Positions 8,665 to 17,050 of a stretch of DNA of 50,992 bases are shown here, piece after piece. The stretch comes from an uncultured Spartobacteria bacterium (GTDB lineage: Bacteria; Verrucomicrobiota; Verrucomicrobiia; Chthoniobacterales; Terrimicrobiaceae), in contig CALCJD010000145.1 of NCBI GenBank assembly GCA_937960895.1, positions 1-50,992 on the forward strand, in the 5' to 3' direction. A model generated the notes under the pieces. It was not told the DNA's origin. It did no database searches and was given only the letters and a program-made list of their open reading frames with translations. The translations under genes and the position numbers were made by a program. Each line of letters opens with the position of its first letter. Position 1 is the stretch's first letter.

Positions 8665-9024
8665 ATGAAAATCCTTCTGGTGGAAAACCACAACGACACG
8701 CTGACGTATCTCTCCAATTATCTCAGGGCGTGTGGTCACGATGTGGAAACCGCGCGGGACATGGCCTCCGCGCTGCAACTTGTGCCGAAGGGCAATTTTG
8801 ATGTCGTGCTTTGCGACATCGGCCTCCCCGACGGCGACGGCTGGCAGTTGATGAAGAAAGTGTGCGAACGGTGCGATCCGCCGCCGTTTGGCGTCGCCAT
8901 GAGCGGGTATGGCATGAAAAACGACATCGACAAGAGTCTCGATGCCGGCTTCCGGCACCATTTGGTCAAACCCTTCCTGCCGTCCGATCTCGACGCCGTC
9001 CTTCGCCAGGCGGCGGCGATGTGA
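8665..9024 (+). CDS. Single-domain response regulator (CheY-like receiver)
   Basis: Internal ATG at 8665 (verified) of track ORF 8335..9024. Sequence: MKILLVENHNDT...VVLCDIGLPDGDG...HHLVKPF. Canonical acceptor Asp and KPF motif are present. Confidence 0.8.
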   Translation: MKILLVENHNDTLTYLSNYLRACGHDVETARDMASALQLVPKGNFDVVLCDIGLPDGDGWQLMKKVCERCDPPPFGVAMSGYGMKNDIDKSLDAGFRHHLVKPFLPSDLDAVLRQAAAM

Positions 9025-9169
9025 GTCTGGGCGGGCGCCGGTTGAGAAATGCGGGCGGGCCAGCAAAGGCGTTCTTTCCTGTGGCCATCGGCCGGTTTTA
9101 TACGACCGGATCCACCGGGTGGTGCGATAAGCGGGGAAGTTTTCGCATGTCAGCCCGCTATCATGTCCG

Positions 9170-10252
9170 ATGGATTGCCCCGTCCGCCCTTTCCGCAAAA
9201 CGGTTTCGTGTCCGATGGCCGGGAATAGGGACAGGAAAAGCGTTGCGGGAAGCCGCGGAATGACGGACCCTTTTTTGCAGATGGCCTCCAGTTCGTCCAA
9301 AATGGCAAAACCGCCGGCGGATGTTCTGCTTTCCCTTTTGGAGTCCTCGGCCCTGGTCTTTCTGCAGACGGACGCCGCCGGGGCGATCCGCTACTGGAGC
9401 GATTCGGCGGAAGCCACCTTCGGCTGGAAGGCCGGGGAGGTGCTGGGGACTCCGGCGGGGGGGCTTTTTTGGGACGAAGCCGACGGCCGGGAAATCCTGG
9501 CAGCCGGGGGAGGCGAGGCCCTGCTGCGTGTCAGGGACGGTGGGCGTCTGGAAGCGCGCATCTGGACGACTCCCCTTGACGACGGAGGCCGCCTCGTTCT
9601 GGTGCTCGACAACTCGGAAACCAAGTTTCTCGAGCGCGCCCTGCTCGAAGCGGCTGAACGCGAACAACGCCGGATCGGACAGGATTTGCACGACCATCTG
9701 TGTCAACACCTGCTGGGCGCGGCCTTTTCCGCCAAGGCCCTGGCCGGGGCGTTGGACCGCGAGCAATCTCCGCACGCCTCCCAACTGCATGACCTCGCCC
9801 GTCTCATCAACGACGCGGTGAGCCAGGCGCGGGATATCTCGCGGGGTCTGCATCCGGTGGAACTGGATTGCGCCGGTCTGATGGCGGCCCTGCAGGATCT
9901 GGCGGCCCGGGTGAGCCATTCCGTGCCGGCGCAGTTTCACTGCGAAAAGGATGTGCTGGTGAGCGATCCCGCCGTGGCGCTCAATGCCTACCGGATCGCG
10001 CAGGAGGCGGTTTCCTCGGCGCTGCCGTGCGGAGCCAGAAATGTTTCCATCTCCCTGACCCGCCGCGGCGGCAGGATCGGGCTGCGCATTTTTCACGACG
10101 GCCCCCGCGAAAGCGAACTCACCGCGGAGCCGGACGGAGCGGCGGCCCGGACCCTGCATTATCGCGCCCAGGCCATGGCGGGCGACCTTGTCATGACCTT
10201 CCGGCCCGACGTGGGAACCACCGTAACCTGTCAATTTCCCTTCAATCCATGA
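9170..10252 (+). CDS. Sensor histidine kinase with a PAS domain and a HisKA_3 (NarL-partner type) H-box; ATP-binding domain looks degenerate
   Basis: PAS-like N-terminus (LVFLQTDAAGAIRYWSDSAEATFGWKAGEVLG). The H-box ERxRIxxDLHDxxxQ (EQRRIGQDLHDHLCQHLLG) is typical of HisKA_3. In the C-terminal ~110 aa I could not find clear N, G1 or G2 boxes. The stop TGA overlaps the downstream ATG (ATGA at 10249-10252). Confidence 0.8.
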   Translation: MDCPVRPFRKTVSCPMAGNRDRKSVAGSRGMTDPFLQMASSSSKMAKPPADVLLSLLESSALVFLQTDAAGAIRYWSDSAEATFGWKAGEVLGTPAGGLFWDEADGREILAAGGGEALLRVRDGGRLEARIWTTPLDDGGRLVLVLDNSETKFLERALLEAAEREQRRIGQDLHDHLCQHLLGAAFSAKALAGALDREQSPHASQLHDLARLINDAVSQARDISRGLHPVELDCAGLMAALQDLAARVSHSVPAQFHCEKDVLVSDPAVALNAYRIAQEAVSSALPCGARNVSISLTRRGGRIGLRIFHDGPRESELTAEPDGAAARTLHYRAQAMAGDLVMTFRPDVGTTVTCQFPFNP

Positions 10253-10950
10253 CCAAAAATTCCAAACCCGCGGAAGAATCCAAGAAGCGTGTGCTGATCG
10301 TCGACGATCATCCGGTCTTCCGTCACGGCATCATTTCCCTGATCAACGCCGAGCCCGACCTCGTCGTCTGCGGAGAGGCGTCGTCCTCGCCCACCGCCCT
10401 CGAAGCCATGCGCACGCTCAAACCCGACGTGGCGCTGCTCGACATCTCGCTGCCGGGCACGAATGGCATTGAATTGATCAAGCTGATGAAGGCGGAGCAT
10501 CCGCGCCTGCCGCTGCTCATTCTGTCCATGCACGACGAATCGCTGTATGCCCTGCGCGCGCTCAAGGCCGGCGCGCTGGGATACGTCATGAAGGCGGAGG
10601 CGCTGACGCATGTGCTCGACGCGCTGCGCAAGGCGCTGAAGGGCGAAATTTATGTGAGTCCGCGCCTGAGCGAACGGCTGATTTTCCAGGCGATCCAGTC
10701 CGTCGACGGCGGCAGCGGTTCGCCGGTGGACCGGCTCTCCGACCGGGAACTCGAGGTCCTCGAGCTTCTTGGGCGCGGATTCGGCACCAAGGAAATCGCC
10801 GCCGAATTGCATCTCAGCGTGAAGACCATCGAAACGCACCGCGCGCACATCAAGGAAAAGCTGGGCTTCCGGGATGCCGGGGAGATGGTGCGTTTTGCCA
10901 TCGACTGGGTCGCGCAGGAAAAGGATCAGAGCGGCGCCGCGAGCACCTGA
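10249..10950 (+). CDS. NarL/FixJ-family response regulator (REC plus LuxR-type HTH)
   Basis: Internal ATG at 10249 (verified) of track ORF 9868..10950. Sequence: MTKNSKPAEESKKRVLIVDDHPVFRHGI...LLDISLPGTNG..., with a C-terminal LuxR HTH (LSDRELEVLELLGRGFGTKEIAAELHLSVKTIETHRAHIKEKLG). Confidence 0.85.
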   Translation: MTKNSKPAEESKKRVLIVDDHPVFRHGIISLINAEPDLVVCGEASSSPTALEAMRTLKPDVALLDISLPGTNGIELIKLMKAEHPRLPLLILSMHDESLYALRALKAGALGYVMKAEALTHVLDALRKALKGEIYVSPRLSERLIFQAIQSVDGGSGSPVDRLSDRELEVLELLGRGFGTKEIAAELHLSVKTIETHRAHIKEKLGFRDAGEMVRFAIDWVAQEKDQSGAAST

Positions 10951-11119
10951 CGCCCGTGTGGGCCCCCCCTCAAGGCGCCCGAAGCCTTCCGCGACGTGCT
11001 TAAAGCGGAGGGGTTGGGGGGGAATCTTATCCGCATGTCCTTCGCGGACGGGAGGTTGAACAATTGGGAAACGTCATTTTTTTGGTGCGGGACGGCGCCG
11101 GAGAAGGCAAGACAATGGC

Positions 11120-12496
11120 ATGCCGCCCACCGAATTCCCAAAACTTCTGGCATCCATTTTCCCTCCCGAGAACCTGTTGACCGCCCCGGAGGATCTGGTT
11201 CCGTATTCCTTCGACGGCACGGCGGCCCTCCAGCAGATGCCGGCGATTGTGGCCTTCGCCACTTCAACCGAACAGGTGAGCCAACTGATCCGCCTGGCCA
11301 ATGAAAAGGGATTTCCGGTGGTCACCCGCGGTTCCGGCACGGGGCTGAGCGGGGGCAGTCTGCCGGTGAAGGACGGGGTGGTTCTGTGTCTTTCGAAGAT
11401 GAACCGCATCCTCGAGGTGGACGCGAAAAATCTCACGCTCTCCGCGGAGGCCGGCGCCACCACGCTGGCCGTTGCCGAGGCGGCGGAGAAGGCGGGCCTG
11501 TTTTATCCGCCGGATCCGGGCTCGATGAAAATTTCCACCATCGGCGGCAATGTGGCGGAAAATTCGGGCGGTCTGCGGGGGCTGAAGTATGGCGTCACCC
11601 GCGACTATGTGATCGGCCTCGAGGTCGTGCTGCCGACCGGCGAGGTCATTTTCACCGGCAACAAATGCGTGAAGGACGTGGCGGGGTATTCGCTGCGGGA
11701 TTTGTTCATCGGTTCCGAGGGGACGCTCGGGGTGATCACGCAGGTGCTTCTTGCCCTCATTCCGAAACCGGCCGCACGGAAAACCCTGCTCGCCATATTC
11801 GACCACATGGAGGACGCCGCGAATACGGTTTCCTCCATCATCGAGGAAAAAATCATTCCCTGCACGCTGGAATTTCTCGACCGGGTGACCATCAACTGCG
11901 TGGAGGACTACGCCCGAATCGGCCTGCCCCGCGATGCGGCGGCGGTGTTGCTGATGGAGTCGGACGGCCATCCGGCGGCCGTCGAGGAGGAGGCGCGCAA
12001 GATGGAGGAAATCGCCCGGAGGTTCCGCGCCCGCGAAATCGCCGTCGCGCAGACGGACGAGGAGGCGGTCCGGCTGGCCACCGCGCGCCGCACGGCGTTT
12101 TCCGCGCTGGCCCGGCTGGCGCCGACCACCATCCTCGAGGACGCCACCGTGCCCCGCAGCGAACTGGCCCGCATGGTGGCACACATTCAGAAGGTGGCCG
12201 ACAAATACCGGCTCAAGGTCGGAACCTTCGGTCACATGGGCGATGGCAACCTGCATCCGACTTTCCTCACCAACGAACGCGACAGCGAGGAAATGCACCG
12301 CGTCGAGGAGGCGATGAAGGAAATTTTTGACTATGCGCTCGAACTGGGCGGCACGATTTCCGGCGAGCATGGCGTGGGCGTGGCGAAAAAGCCCTTCCTG
12401 CCCAAGGCCGTCGGCGACCGGAACCTGGAGGCCATGAAGCGCCTCCGCGCGGCGTTTGATCCCAATGGGGTGTTGAATCCGGGGAAAATCTTTTAA
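11120..12496 (+). CDS. glcD: FAD-linked oxidase; glycolate oxidase subunit GlcD / D-lactate dehydrogenase family
   Basis: 458 aa with an FAD-binding PCMH domain (VVTRGSGTGLSGGSLP..., GGNVAENSGGLRGLKYGVTRDYV) and a C-terminal FAD-oxidase domain (GGTISGEHGVGVAKKPFL). Confidence 0.85.
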   Translation: MPPTEFPKLLASIFPPENLLTAPEDLVPYSFDGTAALQQMPAIVAFATSTEQVSQLIRLANEKGFPVVTRGSGTGLSGGSLPVKDGVVLCLSKMNRILEVDAKNLTLSAEAGATTLAVAEAAEKAGLFYPPDPGSMKISTIGGNVAENSGGLRGLKYGVTRDYVIGLEVVLPTGEVIFTGNKCVKDVAGYSLRDLFIGSEGTLGVITQVLLALIPKPAARKTLLAIFDHMEDAANTVSSIIEEKIIPCTLEFLDRVTINCVEDYARIGLPRDAAAVLLMESDGHPAAVEEEARKMEEIARRFRAREIAVAQTDEEAVRLATARRTAFSALARLAPTTILEDATVPRSELARMVAHIQKVADKYRLKVGTFGHMGDGNLHPTFLTNERDSEEMHRVEEAMKEIFDYALELGGTISGEHGVGVAKKPFLPKAVGDRNLEAMKRLRAAFDPNGVLNPGKIF

Positions 12497-12945
12497 ACGC
12501 CCGACGCTCAACGATGAACTCTCAACTCTCAAGTGGAGAAGCCCGCTTTGACCCCGAAGGGCGTTTGCTTGAATGCGTGGTGCGGGTGATCGGCGCTACG
12601 GAAAAAATCAGTCCGGCCGGCGCCGGACCATACGGGCGCGATCCATCGCTTCGTGCGGGACTCTCCCCGTATGGAAATCATGGCGAGGCGAGGGGAGCGG
12701 AGTCGCGAAAGGATTTCATCCACCAGCTCGGGGTTTGCTACAAGGAGCTGTGTGGGTCGAGACGCCGGTTGAAATTGATTCGCCGGACCGGGTTGGTTCC
12801 CCAGCCCCGGTTTCCGGATGCTCGCGTTGGGGAATCCGACGAACTCGTCGGAATTATTGCGAAGAGTTTGCAGACAGCAAAGAAGAACCAGGATCAGTCC
12901 CTTGAATGTTGAAAATTCCAAGTTGAGCGTTGAGCGTTCTGCACA
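12497..12945. repeat. About 450-bp low-GC intergenic insert flanked by short inverted repeats (ACGCTCAACG ... CGTTGAGCGTTGAGCGT); candidate MITE-like or structured non-coding element
   Basis: The left end (12506-12517) reads ...cgacgctcaacgatgaactctcaactctcaagtgg. The right end (12919-12941) reads ccaagttgagcgttgagcgttctg, a tandem GTTGAGC that is the reverse complement of the left GCTCAAC. The interior contains a 6+4 bp bulged hairpin (12658-12704), a GC palindrome (12611-12626) and visibly lower GC (gaattattgcgaagagtttgcagacagcaaagaagaacc). Confidence 0.3.
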
Positions 12946-14242
12946 ATCGCCCAATCTGCTCCGCAAATTGGATTACGCGATTGTGCAGCAGTGCATGCAC
13001 TGCGGCATGTGTCTGCCGACCTGTCCGACGTATGAGGCCACCAAGGTCGAACGGAACAGTCCGCGCGGACGCATCTCGCTCATGCGGGCGGTGGCGGATG
13101 GACGCATCGGGACGACCGCGGCCTTCGGCGAGGAGATGTATTTTTGTCTGGGTTGCCTGGCCTGCGAAACGGCCTGTCCGGCCGGGGTGGATTACACGAC
13201 CCTTTTCGAAACGGCCCGCGCCGAGGCGGAACGGGCCGGGGTGCTGCGCAATCCCAAACGGGATTTCATTCGGACATTCGCCCTGAAGGGGATTTTCACC
13301 CGGCCTGGGCTGTTGCGTTTCATCGGACGCCTGCTTTGGCTCTACCGGGTCTCCGGGGTGCAGTCGCTTTTCCGCGGACTGGGCCTCAACCGCCTGCTTC
13401 CCTACCGGCTGCGGGAGCTGGAGCGCATGACCCCGCGCGCCCAGGCGAAATTTTCCCATCAATTGATCCGCGAGACCGAGCGTCCCGACGGCGAACGGAA
13501 ATACCGGGTCGGATTGCTGACCGGCTGTGTGCAGGACATCGTGCTGTCCGACGTGAACCGGGACACCATGGAGGTTCTGGTGGCCAACGGATGCGAGGTG
13601 TTCACGCCGCGCGAGCAGTCCTGCTGCGGATCGCTCCACGCGCACAACGGCGACGTCGAGACGGCCAAAGTACTGGCCCGCCGGCAGCTCGACGCCTTCA
13701 ATCTCGATTCCCTGGACGCCATCATCACCAATGCCGCCGGCTGCGGGTCGCATCTGAAACATTACCACCATTTGCTCGCGGACGATCCCGCCTATGTGGC
13801 CAAGGCCCGCCTCTGGGCGCACAAGGTGCGGGACATTCACGAGTGGCTGGCGGAAATCGGCATTCGTCCGCCGCGGACGGAACCCGTCGATCTTCATGTG
13901 ACCTATCACGAGGCCTGCCATCTGTGTCATGGCCAGAAAATCACCCGTCAGCCCCGTGAGGTGCTGAAGGCCATTCCGGGGCTCAGACTGACCGAACTCA
14001 CGGAGTCCACCTGGTGTTGCGGCAGCGCGGGCATTTACAACATCACCCAGCCGGAAATGGCGGCCAAGTTGCAGGAACGCAAGCTCGGACACATCCGGAA
14101 GGCGGGTGCGCCGGTCGTGGCCACCGGCAACCCGGGCTGCCACCTGCAGATTGAAAGCGGGGCGCGGAAGTTTGGCGTGGACGTGTCCGTGAGGCATCCG
14201 ATCAGCCTGCTGGCCGCCGCCTACCGTCGTGAACGGCGCTGA
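12818..14242 (+). CDS. glcF: Glycolate oxidase iron-sulfur subunit GlcF-like (2x[4Fe-4S] plus two CCG domains); true start probably downstream (TTG at 12902 or 12923)
   Basis: Two ferredoxin-type Cys clusters (CMHCGMCLPTCPTY and CLGCLACETACPAG) followed by cysteine-rich CCG motifs (CCGSLH...CHEACHLCHG...WCCGSAG). The first 28 codons of the track ORF overlap the IR-flanked insert and are probably not coding. Confidence 0.8.
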   Translation: MLALGNPTNSSELLRRVCRQQRRTRISPLNVENSKLSVERSAQSPNLLRKLDYAIVQQCMHCGMCLPTCPTYEATKVERNSPRGRISLMRAVADGRIGTTAAFGEEMYFCLGCLACETACPAGVDYTTLFETARAEAERAGVLRNPKRDFIRTFALKGIFTRPGLLRFIGRLLWLYRVSGVQSLFRGLGLNRLLPYRLRELERMTPRAQAKFSHQLIRETERPDGERKYRVGLLTGCVQDIVLSDVNRDTMEVLVANGCEVFTPREQSCCGSLHAHNGDVETAKVLARRQLDAFNLDSLDAIITNAAGCGSHLKHYHHLLADDPAYVAKARLWAHKVRDIHEWLAEIGIRPPRTEPVDLHVTYHEACHLCHGQKITRQPREVLKAIPGLRLTELTESTWCCGSAGIYNITQPEMAAKLQERKLGHIRKAGAPVVATGNPGCHLQIESGARKFGVDVSVRHPISLLAAAYRRERR

Positions 14243-15674
14243 ACGGATGTTCGACTTCTTCACCGTCATCATTTCGCTGGTCACGCTGACCTTTCAGCTG
14301 GCGGGGATCGCCTTTGCCGTGCGGGCCGTGCTCATTTCCCGTACGCCGCAGGCGTCCATTGCCTGGGGACTGGCCCTGGTGGTGCTGCCCTATGTCGCCA
14401 TTCCGCTTTTCCTGATCTTCGGGGAATCGCGGTTTTCCGGCTACACCCTGGCCGGGGCGGGCAAACGGAAGGATCTCGACGACGCGCTGGCCCGGATCCA
14501 GGAGGCCCTCAAACCCTTCCGGTGCCGGATGTCGGAAAAATACGAGGATGCCGAGCAACTGGCCTTCCGGCTCCGCGGCCTTCCCCCCACGCGCGGAAAT
14601 TCCACCCGTCTGCTCATCGATGGAAAGGAGACCTTTGAGGCGATCTTTGCCGCCATCGACACGGCCGTCGAATACGTCGTGGTCCAGTTTTACATCGTGC
14701 ACGACGACAAGCTCGGCCGCGCCCTCAAGGAACGGCTCCTGGCTGCCCGGAAGCGCGGGGCGCGCTGCTGGCTGTTGTTCGACAAGGTGGGCGCCAAGGG
14801 GCTGCCGGACAGTTATGTCGGGGAACTGCGCGCGGGTGGGGTGGAGGTGCAGGCCTTCGTGACCAACCGGCAGTTCGGCCGACGCTTTCAGATCAATTTC
14901 CGCAACCACCGCAAGCTCGTCATCGTGGACGGCCGCGTGGCTTTCATCGGCGGATTGAATGCCGGGGACGAATACCTTGGCGAAGGCCCCTTGGGCGCCT
15001 GGCGCGACACCCACATGGCCGTGGAAGGTCCGGCCGTGCAGGCGCTGCAGCTGTCATTTCTCGAGGATTGGTACTACGTGGAAAAGACGGTGCCCGATCT
15101 GCCGTGCACCCCGCGGGTGTGCGGGGACGAGGTCGTACTGCCCTTCGCGTCGGGACCTGCGGAGTCGTGGAACATCACGCCGGCGGTCATATGCGAAGTC
15201 ATCCACGACGTGCGCAAGCGGCTCTGGATCGCGAGTCCGTATTTTGTGCCCGATCCCGCCCTGCGCACCGCCCTGGCCCATGCGGCCCTGCGCGGTGTCG
15301 ACGTGCGCATCATCCTGCCGCAGGGCATCGACCACCTTCTGCCCTGGCTTTCGTCGTTCACCTTTTACCCCGCCATGGCCGAGGCGGGCGTGAGAATCTG
15401 GCGCTACCAGCCCGGTTTCATGCACCAGAAGGTGCTGCTGGCCGACGATGACCTGGCCATCGTCGGTTCGGTGAATCTCGACTTCCGTTCCTTCATGCTC
15501 AACTTCGAATTGTCCGCCGTCGTCCAGAATGCCGCCTTCGCGGCCTCGGTGGAAAAAATGTTCGAAGCCGACTTTGCCCGCAGCAAGGAGGAGGATTTGC
15601 GCAAGTTCGAAAACGGCAGCTTCCTCTTCCGCCTCAAATGCCGCCTCGCCGCGCTGATGAGTCCGGAGCAGTGA
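14229..15674 (+). CDS. cls: Cardiolipin synthase (PLD superfamily, two HKD motifs)
   Basis: Two N-terminal TM helices, then two HxKxxxxD motifs (HRKLVIVDG and HQKVLLADD). Start may be the second Met (MFDFF..., around 14247), which would remove the 14-bp overlap with glcF. Confidence 0.85.
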   Translation: MNGAERMFDFFTVIISLVTLTFQLAGIAFAVRAVLISRTPQASIAWGLALVVLPYVAIPLFLIFGESRFSGYTLAGAGKRKDLDDALARIQEALKPFRCRMSEKYEDAEQLAFRLRGLPPTRGNSTRLLIDGKETFEAIFAAIDTAVEYVVVQFYIVHDDKLGRALKERLLAARKRGARCWLLFDKVGAKGLPDSYVGELRAGGVEVQAFVTNRQFGRRFQINFRNHRKLVIVDGRVAFIGGLNAGDEYLGEGPLGAWRDTHMAVEGPAVQALQLSFLEDWYYVEKTVPDLPCTPRVCGDEVVLPFASGPAESWNITPAVICEVIHDVRKRLWIASPYFVPDPALRTALAHAALRGVDVRIILPQGIDHLLPWLSSFTFYPAMAEAGVRIWRYQPGFMHQKVLLADDDLAIVGSVNLDFRSFMLNFELSAVVQNAAFAASVEKMFEADFARSKEEDLRKFENGSFLFRLKCRLAALMSPEQ

Positions 15675-15906
15675 GGGAGGCAAATTCAGCGTCCGCATAC
15701 CCCACGTGGTGAATCCGACTTGGATGGGCGGGGTGTCGAAGGCCTGTTCCAAAGCCTGGGAAACGGCATGGAGCGCCGTCGGTTCTAATTGGCTTCGATA
15801 TGCAATGTCTTGATAGGAAAGATATTGCGGGAGGGAAGCAGGGGCGGTCCCCTGTGCGTCAATAGCTGGAAAAAACATTCGAACGCCACCATTGGCGCAT
15901 TTCTAA

Positions 15907-15934
15907 TTGACAGGTGTTGCGTTTGCGGTAACGT
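15907..15934 (+). promoter_or_regulatory. Putative sigma70-type promoter of the LacI-family gene (-35 TTGACA at 15907-15912; -10 TAACGT at 15929-15934; 16-bp spacer)
   Basis: A perfect TTGACA hexamer lies 37 bp upstream of the ATG. The weak -10 is embedded in the palindromic operator. Confidence 0.35.
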
Positions 15935-15944
15935 AACCGCAAAC
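15921..15944. promoter_or_regulatory. 24-bp near-perfect palindrome GTTTGCGGTAACGTAACCGCAAAC centred on CG; LacI-family type operator overlapping the promoter and RBS of the LacI-family gene
   Basis: 11 of 12 half-site positions pair, with a single mismatch (A/A) at plus or minus 3. The central CG and AACGTT-like core are typical of LacI/GalR/PurR-family operators. It ends 4 bp before the ATG at 15949. Confidence 0.55.
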
Positions 15945-15948
15945 ATAA

Positions 15949-17001
15949 ATGCAAGAGCCCACCCAGACATTGCCTGAGCGTGTCACGCTCAAAGACATTG
16001 CAGCCCGTGCGGGAGTGGCGGTGACGACCGTTTCCTCCGCGCTGCATCGGAACGGACGGGTAAGTGAGAAGCTGCGTCAGTCCATTCAGGCGCTGGCCCG
16101 GGAGATGGGTTACGAGCCGAAAATGGCGGCCCGGCTGTTGCGGTCCAATACCACGGGTCACATCGGCCTGTTGTTGCCCGGGCGCATTGCGGGGGACATT
16201 GGCGAGTCGGGTCACGCCGGGCCGATCCTGAGCAATTTTGTGCGCGCCTGTGAGCAGCGTGACATCCCGTACCATGTGGAAATCGTCAACGTGAAGGAGG
16301 ACTTTGAGCCGCCCCGCCAGGTTGCCGGCGGACTGGTTGATGGGGTGCTGATGGGCGGGTACATCGACGAGCGGCTCAACGCTTGGCTGGAGGCCCGCGG
16401 TTTTCCATGGGTGAGCGTCGACGAGATGGCCAACTACTGTGTGCTGTCAGCGAATGACGAGGGCATGTATCAGGCCGTGCAGAGACTGGCGGCGTTGGGA
16501 CACCGGAGATTTGCTTATGTCGGGCGTCCCGACGTTCATCTGTCGCACCGGCTGGCGCTGGATGGTTTCAACAAGGCGGTGGCCGATTTCCGCCTGGATT
16601 TCCGGCCGGAAAGGGATCAGAGAATATTCAGCGAGTCTCTGCGTCCCGAGCTGTTGCAAAAGGCCTCGGAGTGGGCGGGGGAAATCCTGACCCGTCCGGA
16701 TCGTCCCACGGCCATCCTTTGTCATGACATGGTGCTGGCGCGGGGAATTTGCTACTCAGCCCTGCGTCATGGACTCGACGTACCGCGCGATCTCAGTCTG
16801 GTCGCGGTGGGTACCGCGGTCGACGCCGAAAAGGCCCTGCCCTGCCTGAGCACCATCGAGGTGAATTTCGAGAACATCGTCGATCAGGCGGTGAGTCTGC
16901 TTGTGCGGAAGCTTCGCAAGGAACCGGCCATGCAGGAGGCGCAAATCCGCCGCGTGGTGCCCCAGTTGGTGATGCGGCAGACCGTGGCGCCGCCGCCATA
17001 A
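15949..17001 (+). CDS. LacI-family transcriptional regulator
   Basis: N-terminal HTH (VTLKDIAARAGVAVTTVSSALHRNGRVSEKLRQSIQALAREMGYEPKMAARLLRSN) plus a periplasmic-binding-protein-like sugar-binding core. 350 aa. Confidence 0.85.
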   Translation: MQEPTQTLPERVTLKDIAARAGVAVTTVSSALHRNGRVSEKLRQSIQALAREMGYEPKMAARLLRSNTTGHIGLLLPGRIAGDIGESGHAGPILSNFVRACEQRDIPYHVEIVNVKEDFEPPRQVAGGLVDGVLMGGYIDERLNAWLEARGFPWVSVDEMANYCVLSANDEGMYQAVQRLAALGHRRFAYVGRPDVHLSHRLALDGFNKAVADFRLDFRPERDQRIFSESLRPELLQKASEWAGEILTRPDRPTAILCHDMVLARGICYSALRHGLDVPRDLSLVAVGTAVDAEKALPCLSTIEVNFENIVDQAVSLLVRKLRKEPAMQEAQIRRVVPQLVMRQTVAPPP

Positions 17002-17050
17002 CCCTCGCCCATTCCATTTCATCCCAACAACAATCCATCCAACACCCTCC

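Noticed and set aside
8548-10848. Minus-strand ORFs 8548..9300, 9161..10234, 10231..10848
   Set aside because: Arg/Gly/His-rich antisense shadows of the receiver, kinase and NarL genes.
10951-11119. G-rich intergenic stretch (ggaggggttgggggggaatc) considered as a terminator or G-quadruplex
   Set aside because: No stem-loop with a U-tract. A single G-run pair is insufficient to call.
12514-12966. ORFs 12514..12912 (plus) and 12529..12966 (minus) as a possible glcE or other small proteins
   Set aside because: Far too short for GlcE (about 350 aa), no FAD-binding motifs, mutually overlapping, lying in the low-GC IR-flanked insert. Treated as non-coding.
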